From Squalus acanthias (Eukaryota): 64,000 nucleotides of DNA. Shown piece by piece: positions 59,617-64,000 of the stretch. The notes under the pieces were generated by a model. It was not told the origin of the DNA. It made no database searches and saw only the letters and a list, made by a program, of their open reading frames with translations. Numbering within the stretch: position 1 is the first letter of the stretch; each line of letters starts with the position of its first letter. A program made the translations under genes and the position numbers. The DNA lies in assembly GCA_030390025.1 (NCBI GenBank), contig CM059432.1, forward strand, positions 47,184,001 to 47,248,000, given 5' to 3'.

Positions 59617-61282
59617 TGTAAGGGTTTTGACCCGTGTGGCTCTGTGCTCAGCCTGGGTGCTAGTGCGAGGTTAGGCCTTGTTGCCTGTTCTGGTCTCCAG
59701 CCAGTCTGGGAGCACTAGACACCTGTGAGTGGTTCGACCCACTCGCCCTTACGGTTCTGACACTGGACTTAGATGCGAGAGCAATAATGGAGAGAAAACT
59801 CAGGTAGACCCGGTTGAATGGTACGAAATGGAAAAATCTTTATTGCATATTATTCAAGATTACGAAATACATGTCATAAGAACAGATTAATGACAGTACA
59901 ATCTTACACGCAGTTATGTAACTAATTTCAGGGAAACGAGGAACGAACGACACATCGTAAATGGGGGCACACATTACAGTTATCCTTAAAACTTAAACCC
60001 TCCCCTATCAATACCTGCTCTAAACTAGATTTGTAGGATCGAGACTCATGCTCACCACTCGTGATAACTCGGAGAATTCCGAAAACTCTGCTCGGATGTT
60101 TTTACCGCAGCACCTGATCACCCACGTGTTGATCAGGGGTCTCTGTACGCCACTTGTTTACTCGTTTCTGCTCCGGCTAGCAGGCTGGACCATCTGCTGT
60201 CATGAAGATCTGTGTTGTCCTTGGAGTTCCGACTCTACTCAAAAAAGAGTCTTCCTGTGCCCTCGCACTGATGCGATAAAATTCGAAGAATAGTCTTCCG
60301 ATGCCAGTTCTGTAAAGCTCAAAAGATAGTCTTCCTGGGCAAGGAAAGTGTCTATTCGACCTACAGGCGCGGTCGGGGCTTACTGACCGTGGCGATACGT
60401 ATGGTCGTCTTCTTCTCTTCTCATCTCATCTCATCTCATCTCATCTCATCTCGGGCCTTCGGTTCCAACACCGTTTACCGACTTCTCGGGATGGTGTGCC
60501 CGTTTCAAGGCTTCACAGCCCAGTTCTACACAGATCTTCGCGGCAAGCCACGAGGCTGATCCTGGCGGATCAGAAAGTTCAACAGTCTTTAAGAGCTGCA
60601 AGAGGCAGAGGCACGATGCAAGCGGCAAGAGGCAGGAGAATAAGAGAAAGATGGACGGTTGTAGTTTTACAGTTATAGTGCTGAAACTCTTCTTTTCCCG
60701 CCCAACCTTAATGTCTTTTCTTTTGTTAGGGTTTTGGCGCTCAAATTTCTTGTATAGGGTGATCTCCGTTTTAATGGGTTTCGGGGATACTCGTAACTGT
60801 CTGAGTACCTGTTAATACTTTTCCCATTGTGTAACCGGTCAGTAGTCTCCCTGGAGGGGTTTTTGGGGCTTCCAAATGTTTTCTGTAACTACCCGCAAAC
60901 GGCTCTCTCATCGTAGAGTCGTGGGGATTTTGCATATTAATGTCTTTGGATGGGTTCTTGATCGCTCGGTACAATAGCCCTTTATTCACACCTGGGAGAC
61001 CGATTCCAGTATTTATGTGTATACTGCAAACCCATAATGTCTTGTGTATTATCTCAAATGTGCTGAGTCTTGATCGATCTCGCACAAATGTTTATTGGAG
61101 CGCCATCTTGTCTGCTTATCGAAAAGTCTAGAATGTTCTGCCACGAGGCGTGGCGGCCATTTTACAGGCTGCTTGTGTCCACTTTGAAAACCTGACAGCA
61201 TTCTGCTGAAATAAAGCTGTTTGAACGAAACTATGTGTTTTCTCCTTATTTATAAAATCGCGATTATATTGCGAATTCTACA
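59617..61282 (-). mobile_element. Probable solo LTR, 1666 bp
   Basis: TGTA...TACA ends. 4-bp TSD AACC at 59613-59616 and 61283-61286. Minus-strand AATAAA at 59839-59844. No retroelement ORF. Confidence 0.8.
60420..60452. repeat. (TCATC)n microsatellite inside the LTR
   Basis: About six direct copies. Confidence 0.9.
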
Positions 61283-61771
61283 AACCCCATCTGCCCTCTC
61301 AGGTGGACGTAAAAGGTCCCATGGCATTATTTCGAAGAAGAGCAGGGGAGATCTCCCTGGTACCTTGGCCAACATTTATTCCTCATCCATCATCACCAAA
61401 ACAGGTGATCTTATCATTATCACATTGTTGTTTGTGTGATATTTCTGTGTGCAAATTGGCTGCTGCGTTTCCCTACATTACAACAGTGACTACGCTTCAA
61501 AAGTACTTCATTGGCTGTTAAGTGCTTTCAGACATCCTGCGGTTGTGAAAGGCACTATATAAATGCAAGTCTTTCTTTCTTTCTGTAGCTCATTATCTGG
61601 CTCTATGTGAATATCTTAATATCCATTTTTATGCTATAATGTTAACAAGACTTGACTTTCCAACATAAATCTGCTGATCATGAAGATGAATCCCTTTTAT
61701 GTTGTGTTGCATTACAGATTATCTATGGAGGCAGCCCCGACTCCAATGGCAGCTATAATATAAATGCAGTT

Positions 61772-63349
61772 ATAGAATCATAGAATAGTACAGCACAGAA
61801 GGAGGCCATTCAGCCTATCAAGTCTACATCAGCTCTTTCGAAGAGCAGTCCAGTTAGTCCCACTCCCCCGCTCTTTCCACATATCCCTAACATTTTTTCT
61901 CCTTCAAATATTTATCCAATTCTCTTTTCAAGGCTACTATTGAATCTGCATCCACCACCCTATCAGGCAGTGCATTCCAAATCCTAACCACTTGTTGCAT
62001 AAAAAGGTTTTTCCTCATGTCACCTCTGGTTCTTTTGCCAATCACCTTAAATCTGTGCCCTCTTGTTATCGACCCTTCAGCCATTGGAAACAGTTTCTCT
62101 ATATTTACTCTATCTAAATCCTTCATGATTTTAAATACCTCTATCAAATCTTAGCCTTCTCTGCTCCAAGGAGAACGACCCCAGCTTCTCTAGTCTATCC
62201 ACATAACTGTAATCCCTCATCCCTGGAACCATTCCAATAAATCTCTTCTGTACCCTCTCCAAAGCCCTCACGTCCTTCCGAAAGTGTGGTGCCCAGAATT
62301 GGACACAATACTCCAGCTGGGGCCAAACTAGTGGGGGGAATTTTAACCTTAAAAAATGGGTGTGTTTGGAGAGTGGGTAGTTATATTGTTAAAAATGGGA
62401 TTCCCGACCTGAACCCACCCACCCACTTCCGGTTTTAATGGAGGCGGGACGTGGTGGGGAGGGGAGGGGGGCGCGGGCAATCAACCCGCTCCCAGGGGGC
62501 GGAACGTCAATTTAAATATTATAATGAGGCCGGAAGCCTCTTTTGTACCCTCCATTTTGTTTTTAACTGCAGATGGACGGGTTTCACACAATTCGTGAAA
62601 CCCGGAAGTTAAAGCAAAATGGGAGCTGCTGGATCCAGGAGGTAAGTGCCTTTATATCTACCTCCTGGATCCAGGGTCCCTACCTAACCCAACCCACACA
62701 ATCAGAGACCCCCTCACGAGGCCTCCGATCACCTCCCGAGGCCTCCCCTCCACCCCGCACCCCCGATGCTGAGGCCGGCCACGATCTTCTCTTCACCCAG
62801 CCCGATCATCTGGCCCCGATCTCTGCCCGACCCCACCCCCCATCCTTTTAACGGCACGGCCCGAACCCAACCACTGGCCAACCATCCAAAACCACCCCCC
62901 GGCCCCGATCCTTTCCCCGGCCCGATCCCCGATCTTCTCTGCCCCCCACTCCCCCGACCGTCTGCCCAGCCCGATCCACTACCTACCGCCCCCCTAATCA
63001 TCTGCTCAGCTCCCCGAACCCCAGTCATCTACCCACCCGCCCCCCCCCATCGTCTGCCCGGCCCCCGATCCTCTCTCCCCCCACACCCCGCTCCATTTAA
63101 CGGCCCAGCCCTCACGTCCTCCCTCCCTCCACTGTTCAGCCAAAGGCCTACCCGCCCGCAGCCAGCCAGCCTTTCAATCTGGCGGGAAACCGAGGCCTCA
63201 TATGCAAACCAGTTCCTGCCGTTAAAGTCGGCAGGGCCTGCGGGAAACCTCACCTCAGAGCTCCCCCGCCCCCAACCCGCTTTCCTCCGCAAAATTCCAG
63301 TCTGTGTTTTACATAGGTTTAGCATAACGTCCTGTCTTTTGTACTCTAT
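61772..63349 (-). mobile_element. CR1 3' fragment (E-like), split by a MITE (61772-62332 and 63303-63349)
   Basis: IEVFKIMK..TRGHRFKV..VVRIWNALP. The flanks rejoin as aactagtgtttta. Confidence 0.85.
62333..63302. mobile_element. Harbinger-type non-autonomous element with a C-rich interior
   Basis: Ends GGGGGGAATTTT and AAAATTCCAGTC. Duplication of about 3 bp. Interior has cccgatc-type short repeats. Confidence 0.7.
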
Positions 63350-63890
63350 GGACTAGAAATTCATCTACTTACCACCACTCCGTAGTGCCATGAAATGGCG
63401 AACGAAATGGCGGCGGCCGCTCTTTCGCCAGCTGGTGATGGGTAGCATGGCGGCTGCCATTTTCCTCCCTAATTTGCGTTGCCGGTAACTGGCAGCGCCC
63501 TGGAAAAGATAATGGTGGCGTGGTGATGTCAATCGCCGTGCAACGCCGACTTAACGTCACCACTCCAAACTTCGACCCTAGCGCTGAATTCAGGTAAACC
63601 TGGCATGCAAGCAGGCTGGCAGTGGCGATGTCAGCACCTCATTAAGGGATTTAAGCTTTTGAACTATATTTTTTTTATTTTATTGAAGTAGTGGCTTGCT
63701 GCAATAGATGTTAAAAGTTTTTTAAGTGGGCAGGGGGTGCTGCTGGACGCTCGAAGGCCTCGATGGTAAAGGAAGGCCTCTGAGAAGACAGAAAATGCTG
63801 CAAATACTCAACAGGTCAGGCAACATCCGTCGAGAGAGAAACAAAGTTCACGTCTCAGGTCGAGATTCTGCCTGACCAGCTGAGTATTTC
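63350..63890. mobile_element. Left part of a second H2 Harbinger-type copy
   Basis: TIR GGACTAGAAATTC. Matches 25620-26112, including the PLE cargo. Confidence 0.78.
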
Positions 63891-64000
63891 ATAGGATTAC
63901 ACAGGATATACGACACAGAAATAGGCCATTCAGCCTAACCAGTCTATGCTGGCATTTATGCTCCACTCAAGTCTCCTCCTGTCTTTCCTCATCTAAATCT
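63891..64000 (-). mobile_element. CR1-type 3' tail running off the window
   Basis: acacagaaataggccattcagcc is a CR1 3'UTR stem-loop motif. Confidence 0.65.

Larger units (their letters stand above)
59453..61585 (+). mobile_element. Deu-domain SINE split by a solo LTR (59453-59616 and 61283-61585)
   Basis: Both halves are collinear with 31664-32122. Confidence 0.88.

Noticed and set aside
62766..63356. 196-aa proline-rich ORF
   Set aside because: It arises from the C-rich low-complexity interior of a MITE.

Overview
This is non-coding, repeat-dense vertebrate DNA, most likely intronic or intergenic sequence from a shark or other elasmobranch (inferred from an HE1-type V-SINE, SacSINE1/Deu-domain SINEs and the LINE families present). 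No intact cellular gene can be identified. Most of the window is nested transposable elements: many CR1 LINEs, including one near-full-length copy with a zinc-finger/SGNH-esterase ORF1 and a tandemly repeated 5'UTR; L2 LINEs; a poly(A)-tailed CR1/L2-group LINE; a Tx1 fragment; two families of Penelope-like elements (PLEs) with minimal hammerhead ribozyme motifs, plus fold-back mini-derivatives; PIF/Harbinger-type elements with decayed spliced Myb/SANT genes; MITEs; two TG..CA solo LTRs; and a Gypsy RNase H scrap. Many insertions are bounded by visible target-site duplications (TSDs). A few short splice-flanked segments in the unique AT-rich spacers may be exons of an unidentified host gene, at low confidence. 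Family names come from motif recognition, not database searches, and ends without a stated TSD are approximate.
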